Assembly (NCBI RefSeq): GCF_006345805.1
Contig: NC_043016.1
Span: 18,786,001-18,850,000 of the forward strand
Length of the DNA stretch: 64,000 nt
Reading direction: 5' to 3'
From: Octopus sinensis
Taxonomy: Eukaryota
The notes under the pieces are model-generated. The model was given only the letters and a program-made list of their open reading frames with translations, ran no database searches and was not told the origin of the DNA. A program made the position numbers and the translations under genes. Below are positions 1 through 12,832 of this stretch, piece by piece (within the stretch, counting starts at the first letter, position 1; every line of letters begins with the position of its first letter).

Positions 1-361
1 TACATATATATATACATAAGACATTATGCATACAATAGGTCATCCATACAAACCTCACCGAATGGTCTGGTGGGCCACATTTCAGATTTGCTTCAAAATT
101 TAACAATAGAAAACTTGTACGGAGAAAACAAAACCCTGAAAATTTCAGGTCAGTGGTTCAATCCATTCCAAAGTTATCGACGTTTGAAATTTAACTACAA
201 TTAGCGAAAATATTAATGCATACTTAAAGAGTTTTAGATTCTTTGATAATTTTCTTAAATTTTGATGATTGGTGTAGATTTGGAAGGAATTGTTTGGCCG
301 AATGTAACAAAATATTCAAACATGTCTGAGCAACCACAACCATGTGAATATGTATGTAGGG

Positions 362-520
362 ACAGGAGTGGTTCTGTGCTCAGAATTTTTGCTTCCTAAC
401 TACGTGATTCCAGATTCAGTCTTACTGCGTGGAACTTTGGGCAAGAGTCTTCTACAATATTTTCGGGCCAACCAAAAATTTACGAACCAATTGAAAAAGC
501 CCCGACATGTGTGTGTATAT
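362..520 (+). mobile_element. Degenerate tRNA-derived SINE (family A), 5' part
   Basis: Aligns by eye to the better copies at 20477-20827 and 27529-27855 (cttgggcaag.gtcttcta...cgggcc.acc) and runs into a (TG/TA)n linker. Confidence 0.7.
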
Positions 521-1717
521 ATATATATATATATATTACGGAGTTGTACTTCATAGCATGTGACCTGATCTGAGATCATGTGCTGAGACAAGTCAGTGAA
601 GCTGTCGGTATACAGGAATAATACATATCCACCCTCAACCGTAAATCCGAATGGGGTAACAACCAGATTTCACTCGGGAGTACCCATCTATAACCACCCC
701 TTTCTCTCATTTACATGTAGAGATGCATACATGCATGTTTAGATGCATGATACTGAAATACATATATGCAGTTATATATAATCGTATGAGTGTACATAGA
801 TTAATACTATGTACGTATGTGTAGATGTATGTGTATTTCGGCGTGCGTGTGTATGTGTTGTGTGTTGTGTGAGTATGTGTGTGTATGAGTGTGTGCATGC
901 ATGCACGTATGAGTATGTGTGTACATATATGTATATATCATATATATACATGTATGTATGCACATATATATGTAAGGAAATAAAAAATTTTTTAAATTAA
1001 AAAGACTAATTTGAATTTTAACAGCTGTCTGCGAAAATAGTGACATATATGCTTAGATGGATAAGCATATATATGTGTATACTTTAAGATTATACATATA
1101 TATGTGAATGTGTATACGTGTTTATATGATTGTGTGCGCTTGTACATAAGTATAGATAGGTTCATATTTGCATGTATGTATCTAAGACATTGTATTCATT
1201 CACCGTTGGACGGTAGTGAGAAGGACATACGCACACACACATATATATGTGTGTATATATATATATATGTGTGTGTGTGTATGTGTATACAACCTTCGAC
1301 AGAGTAACAGTCATGTATACAACTTGAACGGACATACATTTCAGTACATTAACATACGTTCACATGTACGCACACACAGACACGTCTACACACTTACATA
1401 CCTAAATACTCACATTCAAGTACATACGTACATACATACATGCGCATAGGCATGCACCCATGCATACGCATGTACACATATGCATACGCACATGCTTACA
1501 TGTACACATACATACATACATACATACATACATACATACATACATACATACATACATGCATACGTACATACGTACATACGTACATATATATCATGAACTA
1601 ACTTATTTTCTCAGATGCAGCACAAAATTTTGTCAGTGAACAGGTCGCGATCTCAAAGCGACGAAAATGGTTTTTGTGTGTGTTTTAAATGGCTTATAAA
1701 CACCTTACACGCTGCAA

Positions 1718-1761
<44 letters not shown>

Positions 1762-1764
1762 TGA

Positions 1765-1840
1765 TCCAAGGATGTTTGCAAAAGGGACATGAAAGCCTAC
1801 AACATCAATATTAGCAACTGGGAAGCAGTTGCCAGCAACT
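1765..1840 (+). mobile_element. RTE-clade LINE 3' coding fragment
   Basis: Translates to KDVCKRDMKAYNINISNWEAVASN, matching the RTE ORF C-terminal pattern KD.CKRDMK...I....WE..A. Confidence 0.65.
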
Positions 1841-1888
1841 GTGTGTGTGTGTGTATATATATGTATATATCTGTTATATATATGTATG

Positions 1889-1945
<57 letters not shown>

Positions 1946-1964
1946 ATATATGTGTGTGTGTGTG

Positions 1965-2349
1965 TATTAATAGTTATCGGCGAGTTAATATGGCAGTCCA
2001 TAAATATGGGACGAATGCTGCCGTTGATTAGCTCCAAGAGGCCATCGCCTCTAGCTAGCTATGTGACACACAAACCTGTGTCCATTATAACCTTCCAACA
2101 GGGGAGGTCAGCCACTTCCCCTTGTTGGTCAGGCATCTGCAGACTAGTTTCAGGGTATTTGCCCTTTATCAATGCAGAGCAGCCGAACCCAGCAGGCATC
2201 GCTACTGACCGTCAGTTCGAAGGTTATAATGGACACAGGTTTGTGTGTCACATAGCTAGCTAGAGGCGATGGCCTCTTGGAGCTAATCAACGGCAGCATT
2301 CGTCCTATATTTATTGACTGCCATATTAGCTTGGCGATAACTATTAATA
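1965..2349. mobile_element. Fold-back/MITE-like element with 131-bp inverted arms
   Basis: 1965-2095 is the reverse complement of 2219-2349 with 5 mismatches; 123-bp spacer; TA at both ends. Confidence 0.85.
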
Positions 2350-2949
2350 TCTAGTACTGCTGCCGAAGTCTCCTTTAGAGAGACTTAGAAATAATTATAT
2401 ATATATATACACCGTTATTATTTTAGAATAATACATGCTTACTATTGATTTCCAGTAGCCGTGCATAATGATATATGGTAACCGGCCGGAGTTAGCTGCA
2501 GCATACCTACACACATATGTGGCCCAGCGAATTCTTTCCTCATAACTTACAGAAAAATGGATATTTTCAATGAAATGTTCTACAATGGTGGTGCCCCAGC
2601 ATGCCCACAGCTCATGAGCTGAAACTAGATCAAAACAAATACGCTTCAGATGGTGCCAATTCTGATAATATCGAAATGTGTTCTGAAATAAAGTTTTCGA
2701 AAATATACGAGCGAAGCCATTGCTAGAAAGGACCCTGAAAATGAGTCATTGATATTGCAATGTGAGGTTAACGATTCTACCAGCTTGCCGCCTTAATAAT
2801 GTTTGCTTTATTAACCACTAAGTGTTCACAAAAAACATTGGAGACGGTTCAAGACAATACAAGGTGTGCAAAAATTAAAAGATTAGTAACAATATAAAAT
2901 TATAAGAATAAATAATTTCTCAAAAGTGGGAAACTTCTTCAAGTTACTC

Positions 2950-4142
2950 TTGGAGCTTCTACAAAACCACGGTCACCCTGACCACTTGAACACGTGTCCT
3001 CACCACATCTTCTTCCTTTAACCTACAGGAGTACGCTTAGAGTACACCCGTTCATTCGGACCAATTTTGCAGCATTCACCTGTCTTTTAACAAAAATTGC
3101 AGGGAGGCGGCACCTTCCTCTCTACTCTCACTTTCCGTTTTAAATGGAACTTGAAAAAGTTGATGAGGGCTTGGCCAGAAAAGAAAGTATCTGTTGCCCT
3201 ACACGCATCTCGGAGAAGCCCGGCTTACAGCACTTTCATATCTATAGAGTTTATCCTAAACTGATAATGAACCCGGTAGCACTGCCAACCAAGGATTTCT
3301 GGAAATTATCAGTAGGCTCCGGCCTCCAAAACGGATCAGAGTCTCTCCGAGAAGATCGTTGTGCTTGTATGCCACTAACCCTCTATAGAATGTCAGAGGC
3401 TGAACTTCCACTAGTCACATTGTCCAATTGACAGAGGACTGTAAGCGCCTGACAACACTCTAGGTGTCAGGCATCCTACTTCAGTCTATACTTGATTCAG
3501 GACTGCAGCTCAGTCAAAAGTGCTGTGGAAAACCTTACCTGAGAAAAGGCCAACACACTTGCTCACCGTCAAAGAAGTGCTGGAGATGTTGTAGCCTCAG
3601 TCCATACGTATCGGTAACCCGGGCATGCCCAGTCCTCCAGCTAGCCATCCGGTATTGACAGAAAATGGAGTAACTGACAAGTGGAACGCGCCACTTCCAC
3701 AAAAAGAGAAAGATTGTTCGCTCCACTTTGGTCAGACGTAAAGTGGGGCAAGGCACAATAGTCTGGCGGTAATATATAACGGAGACGAGGTAAACATTCG
3801 CCACTTCTGCCCGACCTTTCGGGGATAGCTTTCTCTCAGTCCATTTCTGGGTGAGATTCGTCCCCCTGCTCGTCGCTTCGTCCCAGTTCTTCTCCACCTA
3901 GAGATCTGGTGCAATTCGACCCCGACAAATTTGATATAAGCAAGCAATTTGACGTTACTGAACGACATGGATTTGCCTCTCCGTATGCCTAGCTGCGAAC
4001 CATTTGATTTTTTTGTGGTTAATTTTTGCTCTCGTTACCGCCTCGAATTTAATTAGAGCAGTGCTGATCAGGTTTATGTGCCTGGCATTCGACACTATGA
4101 CTGAAGATATAAACTTCTTGAACAGTGTAGTATCAATGCTTG
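2950..4142 (-). mobile_element. Tx1-like (L1 clade) LINE, decayed RT and C-terminal region
   Basis: ORFs 3955-4146 (FEAVTRAKIN) and 3535-3897 (WTERKLSPKGRAEVANVYLVSVIYY...ERTIFLFLW) match Tx1 ORF2 motifs GAKIN and W..R.LS..GR..V.N; frameshifted. Confidence 0.8.
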
Positions 4143-5790
4143 TCAAGAAAAGAAATGGAGGACTTAAGAATTAATGGAAATTCGAATAAGTTAGGAAGAA
4201 GTATGGTGTAGATACAAAAGGCCTGAATGTTGTAATTCAAGAACTGAAGCAGCGCATACGTGTAAAAAATACAAAGCTAACTAGGTTTGAAAAACAGATT
4301 AGGCAATACCGGCAAAAACAAATTGTTTAGAACCGGCCAAAAGAGATTTTATCAAGGGATTAATGACGATAAAAAATGTGAAAGATTAGTCTCTGATGTT
4401 GATGAAAGTCGACTTGTTTGGGGTAAGATATGGAGTAAACAAGAACAACACAATACTACAGCTGAATGGCTCTGCAGCCTGAAGCAGACAGCTTTTTATC
4501 ACTAGTAAGAGGCTAACCACTTCACAGAAGACAGTATCAGAAGTATGAATAAAAAGATAAGCAATTGGAAAGCAACAACACTTAATGGTGTACAGGAATT
4601 TTGGATAAAAAGGCTCAGTACTTGCCATAAATTGATCGCAGAGCAATTTAATGGAGAAGAAATCCCGGGCTGGTTGACAAAAGGACGAACGGTGTTGTGC
4701 CTGAAGGATGCATCAAAGGGAAATGTTGCTAACAATTACAGACCAATTTCCTGCCTCCCATTAATGTGGAAGTTACTGTCAGGAGGAATTGCAGAAGAAC
4801 TGTATAAATTTCTGGATGACAACGATATATTACCGCCAGAACAAAAAGGCTAAGAAGGAGTTGCAGAGGTATAAAAGATTAGCTATTGATAGAGAAAATG
4901 TTAATGCCAGGTTGTAAACAAAGGAGAACAAATCTGAGAATGGCCTGGACTGACTATCGCAAAGCTTATGATATGATTCCAAATCCGTAGAACATCGAGT
5001 TCTTAGATCTATTTGGAATTTCGAGGAATGTAGCGTAAGAGAAGTATGATGGGATGAAAAACTAAACTGATATCTCAGGGAAAAAGATTGGGCACACTGG
5101 GCATCCGAAGAGGAATTTTACAGGATAATAACATATCTCCGTTGCTTTTTGTTCTCTGCATGATATCTCTGACTTTGGTACTTAGGAAAATGAACCAGGG
5201 TACGAACTAAAGTAAAAATCCCAAACAATCAACTACCTCCTCTTCCTGAATGATGTGAAACTGTATGGCAAAGATGAGACACAAGTTAGTTCCTTGGTGA
5301 ACACGGTCCACTGTTTTAGTACTGATATTAGAATGGAATTTGGACCCGAGAAGTGTGGAATAAGGTAGCTAAACGTACCTAAAAAGAGGTAAGGTACAGG
5401 CCCTAGTAGGGTTAGAATTACCGAATAGAGACTTGATTAAGCAAATTGAAACGGAAGGATACAGGTACCTTGGAATACTAGAGTTCAACGAGATAGTGGA
5501 AAAGGAAACGGAAAAAGATGGAGTGTTTCCAAAGACTGAAGTTGATGCTGCTCTCAAAATTGACTGGATGGGAAAATGTTTACAGTACACGGAGCCTTCC
5601 ACCCTAAGAGTGACACCGATAAGCTGCACCTGTCCAGAAGAAAGGGTAGAAGAGGTTTAATCAGTTGTCAGGACTGTATCGAAGCAGAGGAAAACAGCCT
5701 AGAGTGGCATATAAAAAATGGCGTGGAGCCATTGTTGAAAAACACGAAGAAGGCCGGTGTCATCAAAACGGAAAATTACATATGTATATA
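4143..5790 (+). mobile_element. R4/Dong-clade non-LTR retrotransposon, decayed RT
   Basis: NWKA...[21 protein letters not shown]...[47 protein letters not shown]; multiple stops and frameshifts. Confidence 0.92.
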
Positions 5791-6007
5791 TGTAATTTTT
5801 GGACAATTAGTGTGTTGACGTTTTGAGCACAGTTTGAGCGACTTGATGGCATCCTCTGGTAGGATATATTCCGTTGGATCTAGCTTAGAAATTCTGTAAT
5901 GTTAGTTGAGATAATAATCGACAAGATGGATTTGGTATTAATACGGCGATCGTTTTGACCCATCCTGCGACAATACAGAAATTAGCTTCTCTAATTTCTG
6001 TATTGTC

Positions 6008-7130
6008 AGAAAATAGAGAATCAGCAGATGGAACGTTTGAGCGCTTGGACGCTAATAAGATAGGTGAGGGTGAAATTCAAAGCCAAGAAATCTCGAAATG
6101 TGGCATTCATGAAAGGAATCCAAAAAGAAGTGAAGTTCAGGATAGGAGACGAAGATACACCCATGGTGAAAGAACAACCAGTAAAAAGTCTCGGCAAATG
6201 GTACAGAGATTTATTAAACGAAAGAAGCAAAGTATAGAGACAGACGATTTAGTGGAACAGGGACTAAAGACAATTGACAGGACAACATTACCGGGGGAAT
6301 TCAAATGCTGGATACTGCAATTTGGATTATATCCAAGGATAATGTGGCCAATGTACGAAATAGCCTTGAGTAGAGTAGAAGAGATGGAACAAAGGTGCAG
6401 TATGTTTATCAGAAAATGGCTTGGTCTTCCAAAATCACTGAACACAACTGCACTATATGGAAAACTCGTGCTGCAACTACCAATAACATCAATCGTTGAA
6501 GAATATAAGGCAGAAAAGGCGAGGACAGTAATGATGCTAAGATATTCGAAAGATCAGAACACCCGAGTAAACTCTCCAAAGGTACGGACAGGGAGGAAAT
6601 GGAAAGTAGAAGAAGCAGTAAACAGATCGATCGGAAAGCTAAGGCACGCCGATATAATCGGAGCAACGTAAAAAGTAAGAACCGGTCTAGGGTTTCATAA
6701 TTTCAAACCATTTTGCATGGACAATGTAAAAGGGTGAAAGAGGCAGGGATATACGAAGTGAAAAAGGAGGAAAAAGAAAGGCGAAATGTACATTTGTTGC
6801 AATGTAGTCAACAGGTACAGTGCCTGAGATGGGAAGAATATATGGTCAGTCTATCTTCAGGTGTTATAAATCCTTGCACGAAGATAAGTGAGTTGAACAT
6901 GTCCTGAATGAGATCCTGGAGTTTGAAATTTCCGCACATACGGTTGAATACACCGGCGTAGGTAATACATATACCGGCTGGGAAATAGCGTCGATAGGTT
7001 TGGCTGACTGGCACTTAGACAGCGTTGCTACTTGACAGGTGGACGAGGGAACCATCTCGTTCAATGCATGCCTTCCTCCACGATAGTTCAAAGGCTTGTA
7101 TCACAAGACAGCTAGTCGGTACTGGCTGTT
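6008..7130 (+). mobile_element. Hero-like (RLE-type) non-LTR retrotransposon, 5'-truncated
   Basis: KFKAKKSR...EQPVKSLGKW, then LPGEFKCWILQFGLYPRIMWP...RKWLGLPKSL...ALYG...VRTGRKW (ORF 5955-6671), characteristic of Hero ORF post-RT region. Confidence 0.82.
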
Positions 7131-7294
7131 GGAGCTAAAACTAACACGACTCTGTTAGAGGTTAGGTCTAGAGAAAGCACGGACCAAAACTACGCGCTCT
7201 TCCCCTCCATTGGTTAGTTGAAGCTTAGACTGTGTCACGTGACAGTTAGCTGGCGTTGGCTGCTGGAGTCTACCGGCGAGTATTTAAAGAGAAA

Positions 7295-7590
7295 TTGTTA
7301 CCACTTACGTAATCACATGCGTAGATGTCCGCAACTGGCCAGTGTGATCGTCATAGCAAAATATAATTTGCTGAACTATACACGAGACGTCTCGTGTATA
7401 GATTACGTAAGTGGTAACAACGAAACTATTCGTAGTTAATCTATTATTTTGTATCTTTTCATTTGGCTTGCTCGCTTACGTTTTGGTGTTTGCTAATTTT
7501 CTTGAGAACATTTCTTTCTTAGTGGTAAGACCATAGGGGTCGACTTCTAGCATATTGGACGTTCACTTAGTGGTCATTCCTCTTATGTGA
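7295..7590. repeat. Rearranged (fold-back) paralog of the hammerhead-bearing repeat at 26060-26340
   Basis: 7295-7392 matches 26238-26335 directly; 7401-7590 matches 26060-26260 inverted; contains a perfect 26-bp palindrome at 7376-7401. Confidence 0.8.
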
Positions 7591-7619
7591 TATACATACA
7601 TATATATATATAATATATA

Positions 7620-7674
<55 letters not shown>

Positions 7675-8084
7675 TTGTGCATATACTATACATATATGTA
7701 TGTGTATAAATATATTTGCAATAGATATATCTGTGTGTGTGGTGTGTGTGTATGGATATATATAAATTATAAATACTATTAATATATAAGTACAGAAGTA
7801 TTATTTTCAATACAATAATATTATTTTCCAGAGAAATAGAGCATCATCAATGTGAAAGCCAATCAGTATTACGATAACAAACGTATTCGGAAAAGTTCGA
7901 AACTCGAGTATTAGGTTGTCCATTTCTCTGGAGTTCTTCCTAGAGGTAAGACGAATTTTTTAAAGTTCGACGCCCGCACACATCTTTGCCTCTATGCATC
8001 CAGTTAAGCTTACTTACCATCGTTCGGTTATCGACTGCTATTTCCAGCAAAAACGGGTACTTTGTTGTGCCACTATTTCCTACT

Positions 8085-8115
<31 letters not shown>

Positions 8116-8151
8116 CCATACACATAGATATGTATGTATGTATATATATAT

Positions 8152-8198
<47 letters not shown>

Positions 8199-9229
8199 TT
8201 ATATATATATTTATTTATGTCTATACAGATAGACATATGTATGTATGTATATATATGTATGCATATATATATAATCACATACATATAAACATACATACAG
8301 TCGCGCGCGAACGCCCATACACATACACATTTATACGTGTATGTATGTTTGTACGCATGTATGTATATATGCATATATATGTATAAATATATATATGTAT
8401 ACATGTATACATATGTACATGCATTTATATGTGTGCGAATGTGTGTGTGTGTATACACCTGTAGATTAATTTAATTGCAGAGCCAAAAAGAAAAGAATGG
8501 AGTAGGATGCTATAATTATGAATATCTATATGCGTATATGCTTTTGGACATACATATATATGTTTGTAAGTGATTATCTGTAAATACATATATACACACA
8601 TAAAATTTATTATAATGTAAAATGTAATTATATACGAATTCATTATTATTATATAAATCACCCCATCACAAAAAAAAACAATTAAGTACTAACTAAAACT
8701 TCTTTTAATTTAGAAAGGTGTTCGATAAAATACGAGATGTAAATGAAATTCAATTACATTTCATTCTAACGAAGGAGAATCACTCTAGACCTAAGTATTA
8801 TAAAGATGAAACTTTTCGAAAATTATGAATTATTATAATGAGAGCGATAATGAAGGTGAATGAGCTTTGAGAAGAAGGTAGAAAGTGGTAAGAGGTGAAA
8901 GAAAATGTAAGTGGATGAGGAAGAAAGAAGACTGGGAAATGTACTAAAAGATGCTACATTAAAGTGAATAAAGGAAATGCGTGAGAGGAGAGAAATTAAT
9001 TTATCACCCAAATAGTATATCTATTTCTTAAAAGGAAGTTTAAAAGATAAAAGATTGATATGATTTATGTTTTGTCATTTTATTCTGTTTATTGGTTCAG
9101 TTTGTTTTTTATCGTTTTAATAAGATCATCAATCGTCAAAAGATGTTGATCATAGCTATCATGGTGATTATGATTTTACTGATGAAGATAAGTTTGTCAA
9201 TGTCAACAGCCAATGGTAGTTTAATGGTG

Positions 9230-9350
9230 GCAGTTATAATAGCGTATTAGTATCGGTGTTTGTAATTTTGCAGAAATTGATTTCCTGATAGGAGTAGCTC
9301 ACCTTGTTGTTATGGGTGTTGAAGAGTTTGTAATACATGTGACCTCTGAA
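9230..9350 (-). mobile_element. Short Penelope-like ORF fragment
   Basis: Minus strand reads KLFNTHNNKVSYS, similar to the IFNRNTV.V.YSC motif seen in the PLE at 40670-41995. Confidence 0.45.
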
Positions 9351-9706
9351 GGTTTCGCTATTAATAAATTATGTAATTTTACTCACACAACATATCTGTA
9401 GCTATTCTGGACGGGTTCGGCTGAAGAGCTACAGATATGTTGTGTGAGTAAAATTACATAAATGCACTAAGCCACTTGGTGTTAAATGGTTATACTATTA
9501 AATTAGCATCTAATTCTCTCACCCTTATTAATTGATTGTAATTATACTACATTTAATTTTGGATGTAGTATCTGTTTCCGTGAATTTTGGCGGGCTGTGG
9601 CAGGGGCACTTGAATTATAACAGCGAATGCAATCGACTGAACCGCACGTGTGTTTATCGTTATGGTAAAATCTAGCGTGCGGTTGAGTAAATTGTACTCT
9701 GGACGG

Positions 9707-9783
9707 GTTCGGCTAAAGAGCTACAGATATGTTGTGTGAGTAAAATTACATAATTTATTAATAACGAAACAATTGTCCTGAAC
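9707..9783 (+). ncRNA. Type I hammerhead ribozyme motif with G5A core mutation (probably inactive)
   Basis: Stem I GUUCGG/CUGAAC; core CUAAAGA; stem II GCUA...UAAC (one mismatch); GAAA 9766-9769; palindromic stem III ACAAUUGU; GUC cleavage triplet. Confidence 0.8.
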
Positions 9784-10159
9784 TAATCTGCATCTTTGTT
9801 ATTTTTATTTGCCCTGTTCGTTTGCGCTAGTAGTCGTACTAACTTTCATCGGAAATTCTTTGTGGCTGAAACCTAGCGGATCTATTTTTAGTGCTAGTGT
9901 CGACCACATAGTGGTTACTCTCTTATATTTATATATAAAATTTATTGAATTCCGGGTTTTTATGCACTAAGCCACTTGGTGTTAAATGGATATACTATTA
10001 AATTAGTATCTAATTCTCTCACCCTTATTAGTTGATTGTATATATATATGTGTGTGTGTGTGTGTGTGGTGTGTGGTGTGTGGTGTGTGTGTGTGTTGTG
10101 TGTGGTGTGTGTGTGTGTGGTGGTGTGTGTGGGTGTGTGTGTGTGATAATAAAGATAGA

Positions 10160-11110
10160 CACGAAATCGTCCCACCACTTTAAAAATCACAAAACTACAC
10201 GACCTTTCTATCCTCTGAGAAATATTTTTGTAGATCGTGACACCCTAAATATCAGAAGTTTCATAAGAGATGATCTAGATATGCTCAACTGTCTTCCGAA
10301 AATAGTCTGAGAGTATCTGTTGATGTAGTGAATCTACCCAAAACTCTACACGACTTACAATGTGAGGTCATTAAATTCTGGTTGGATAATTATATAAGTG
10401 AACTCCATCGTATAAAAAAAATTATAATAGGACTGAAATTTATTTTAGAAAATAATTACTTTATGTTAATGACTATTTTTTCGACAAAAACTGGGGATGG
10501 AGACGAAAAAATTCTTCTTCTTTACGAATCTAGTTATGGGTTACCTAGATATCACGCGATACCAATAAAACTGGGAAAAAGTACCAAGAGGATTGCTTCA
10601 TTCTATGAAAAGAAAGCATAGAGAAATTAAAGGAATTTGAAACATTCAGTGGACACAATGAAAATATTCAATTTCCCACAGAATATACCTATGACCAAAT
10701 TCCATTTTTAATAAACTCAACAGTCAAATACATACGGATATTTACTATACACCTACGGACATCTAACTATATCTTTCATTCAATTCATGCCAACCGAAAG
10801 AAAAGGATTTATACAATAGTATCTCATACAAATATCTGGGATATAAAACTCCAAGAAATGCACTCCTTCACAGGAATAACCGATCATTCTTAATCAATAA
10901 TGGAATTCAACGAATCCCAAAGATCCAGTATCCAAGAATTAAGACAAACAAGGAAATTAATCGGAATTGAAGGTCATACCATACATCTCCACCTACAACC
11001 CCTAAAACAATGAGGCTGACAACAGCGTATTCCATAACATACTGTTACTGAAAAAGGACCCCAGATCAAACCAAATACTCCAAACGTACAAGAATAAAAG
11101 ACAACCCAAG
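10160..11110 (+). mobile_element. Penelope-like element RT, decayed
   Basis: VSVDVVNL, IKFWLDNY...GLKFILENNYF, QKTG, and terminal QTYKNKRQPK motifs; frameshifted. Confidence 0.8.
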
Positions 11111-11495
11111 TTCATTCATCTCCTTTTTTCTTTCTCTCTACTTTCTCTTTTCTTTTTCTTCTTATTGTTTCTTTTTTTCTATTTAACATATTTTCTCTCC
11201 ACCACCACACCTGTTTACAAGAAAACTATATACAGATGTGCAAAAACCTTCAATTTTCAGTCTGAACTTGCCTGAAGACCCGATATACATATGTTCGGAG
11301 CTTAAAATATGATATATTATTAATCTCTTATGGTATTGAGTACTCTGTTTTCCAACACTTAACATTAACTCTTCCTCTCTCCCTTTTTCTCTCCCTCTTT
11401 CTCTCCCTCTCTCTCTATATATCTCTCTTTCTTTCCACAACACACACACACACACATCACGCACACACATATATATACATTGACAAGTTATAATA

Positions 11496-11547
<52 letters not shown>

Positions 11548-11639
11548 CACACATACATACATGCATATATATACATATATATATATATTGTTACAGATTA
11601 GACTAAATCAACAGCGAATAAAACAACAACAGCCCGTAG

Positions 11640-12350
11640 GATTTTAGATGTGCTTTGATATAAATGAATGGCATAACACAGAGACCGAAGATAGCTCAAA
11701 GCTGTTATAATCATTTGAGTCCAAAACGCAAGCTGTCACAAATAGTTTGTATATATATCAGTTTTTAATGACAGGTAGATTTCCTTGATGGAAGTTGTAA
11801 CACCAGCAGTTGCTACAGAAGCAAGCAATCGAAACAAGAGGGAGGTCACTCTCACCGTTTTCTTCTTGTGTTGTTGTTTACTGTTTATGTCGTTTGCAGT
11901 AGTAATAAACCCTTAAAGGGTGATAGAGTGGCAGAGACGAAAGATGAAGAAAGACAGAATGATACTTCATTCTGCCCGTCATTTCAGTGGAGAAAGACAG
12001 AATGACATTTGTCATTCCAGAGTGACCCAGTGAAAGAGTAAAGCATTCGTCGTCTGCTTGATCATCTCTTCACAAACTCCTTTCACTAACTGCCTTTGGC
12101 TTACGAACTTTCGCTATTTACAATTCTCGCAAAATAGCGAGAAGGAGAGACATATCACCGAAAACAATGGGAAACTGCTGTAACTTTATCTAGTTTCAGC
12201 TCTTGTTGGCATAGAAGGGGTCAAAAGAGCTAAGTGGAGAATACATAAATCGGCTTGGCATAGGCCATATGTCGAGTGTCTCACTGTCAATTCTTGTCTC
12301 TCCGTGAGAAAGTGCCTCTGTAACTTACAGGGGATCCACTTTTTTCGTTC
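11640..12350 (-). mobile_element. Highly decayed CR1/L2-like RT fragment
   Basis: Weak spaced resemblance to D..KAFD, SGVPQG and DL..L..W motifs across frames. Confidence 0.35.
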
Positions 12351-12504
12351 CAAGTAAAACATTTTCGTAACAATATATATATATATATATCAGTTATAAT
12401 ATAGTAATAATATCAGTAATACCATATTTCACCCTATATTATTACTGATTCCAAATTAATGATATTCCAAATTAATTAATTTCACCCTATATTATTACTG
12501 ATAA

Positions 12505-12559
<55 letters not shown>

Positions 12560-12787
12560 ACTGCTATTTCTACTTGTGGAAAATAGAAATAAGCATCCTG
12601 ACTGCTATTTCTACTTTTTCGGTATGCGGCCAAGCAACCTGTTGCCTGTTCCTTTTTCTTATATACAGTATATATAGTGAACTTACAGAAGTTCCTACCG
12701 TTAATCGGCTATATTTACATACCGAATTCTACCAGTAAATAATGGTTGGTTTTTTAAAAACCATTAAAGAAATTATTTACTCTTATT

Positions 12788-12819
<32 letters not shown>

Positions 12820-12832
12820 TATATACAATAAT

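Noticed and set aside
5955-6671. Longest non-repetitive ORF (238 aa) as a host gene
   Set aside because: Its C-terminal part is Hero-like retrotransposon protein; the N-terminal part is an off-frame read of the same element
7899-7915. GAAA-CUCGAG-UA-UUAGG hammerhead 3' half with palindromic stem III
   Set aside because: No CUGANGA or matching stem I upstream; at most a decayed remnant
11270-11310. CUGAAGA followed by a CCGA...UCGG hairpin just 3' of a PLE RT
   Set aside because: No GAAA or stem III follows; cannot be called a ribozyme
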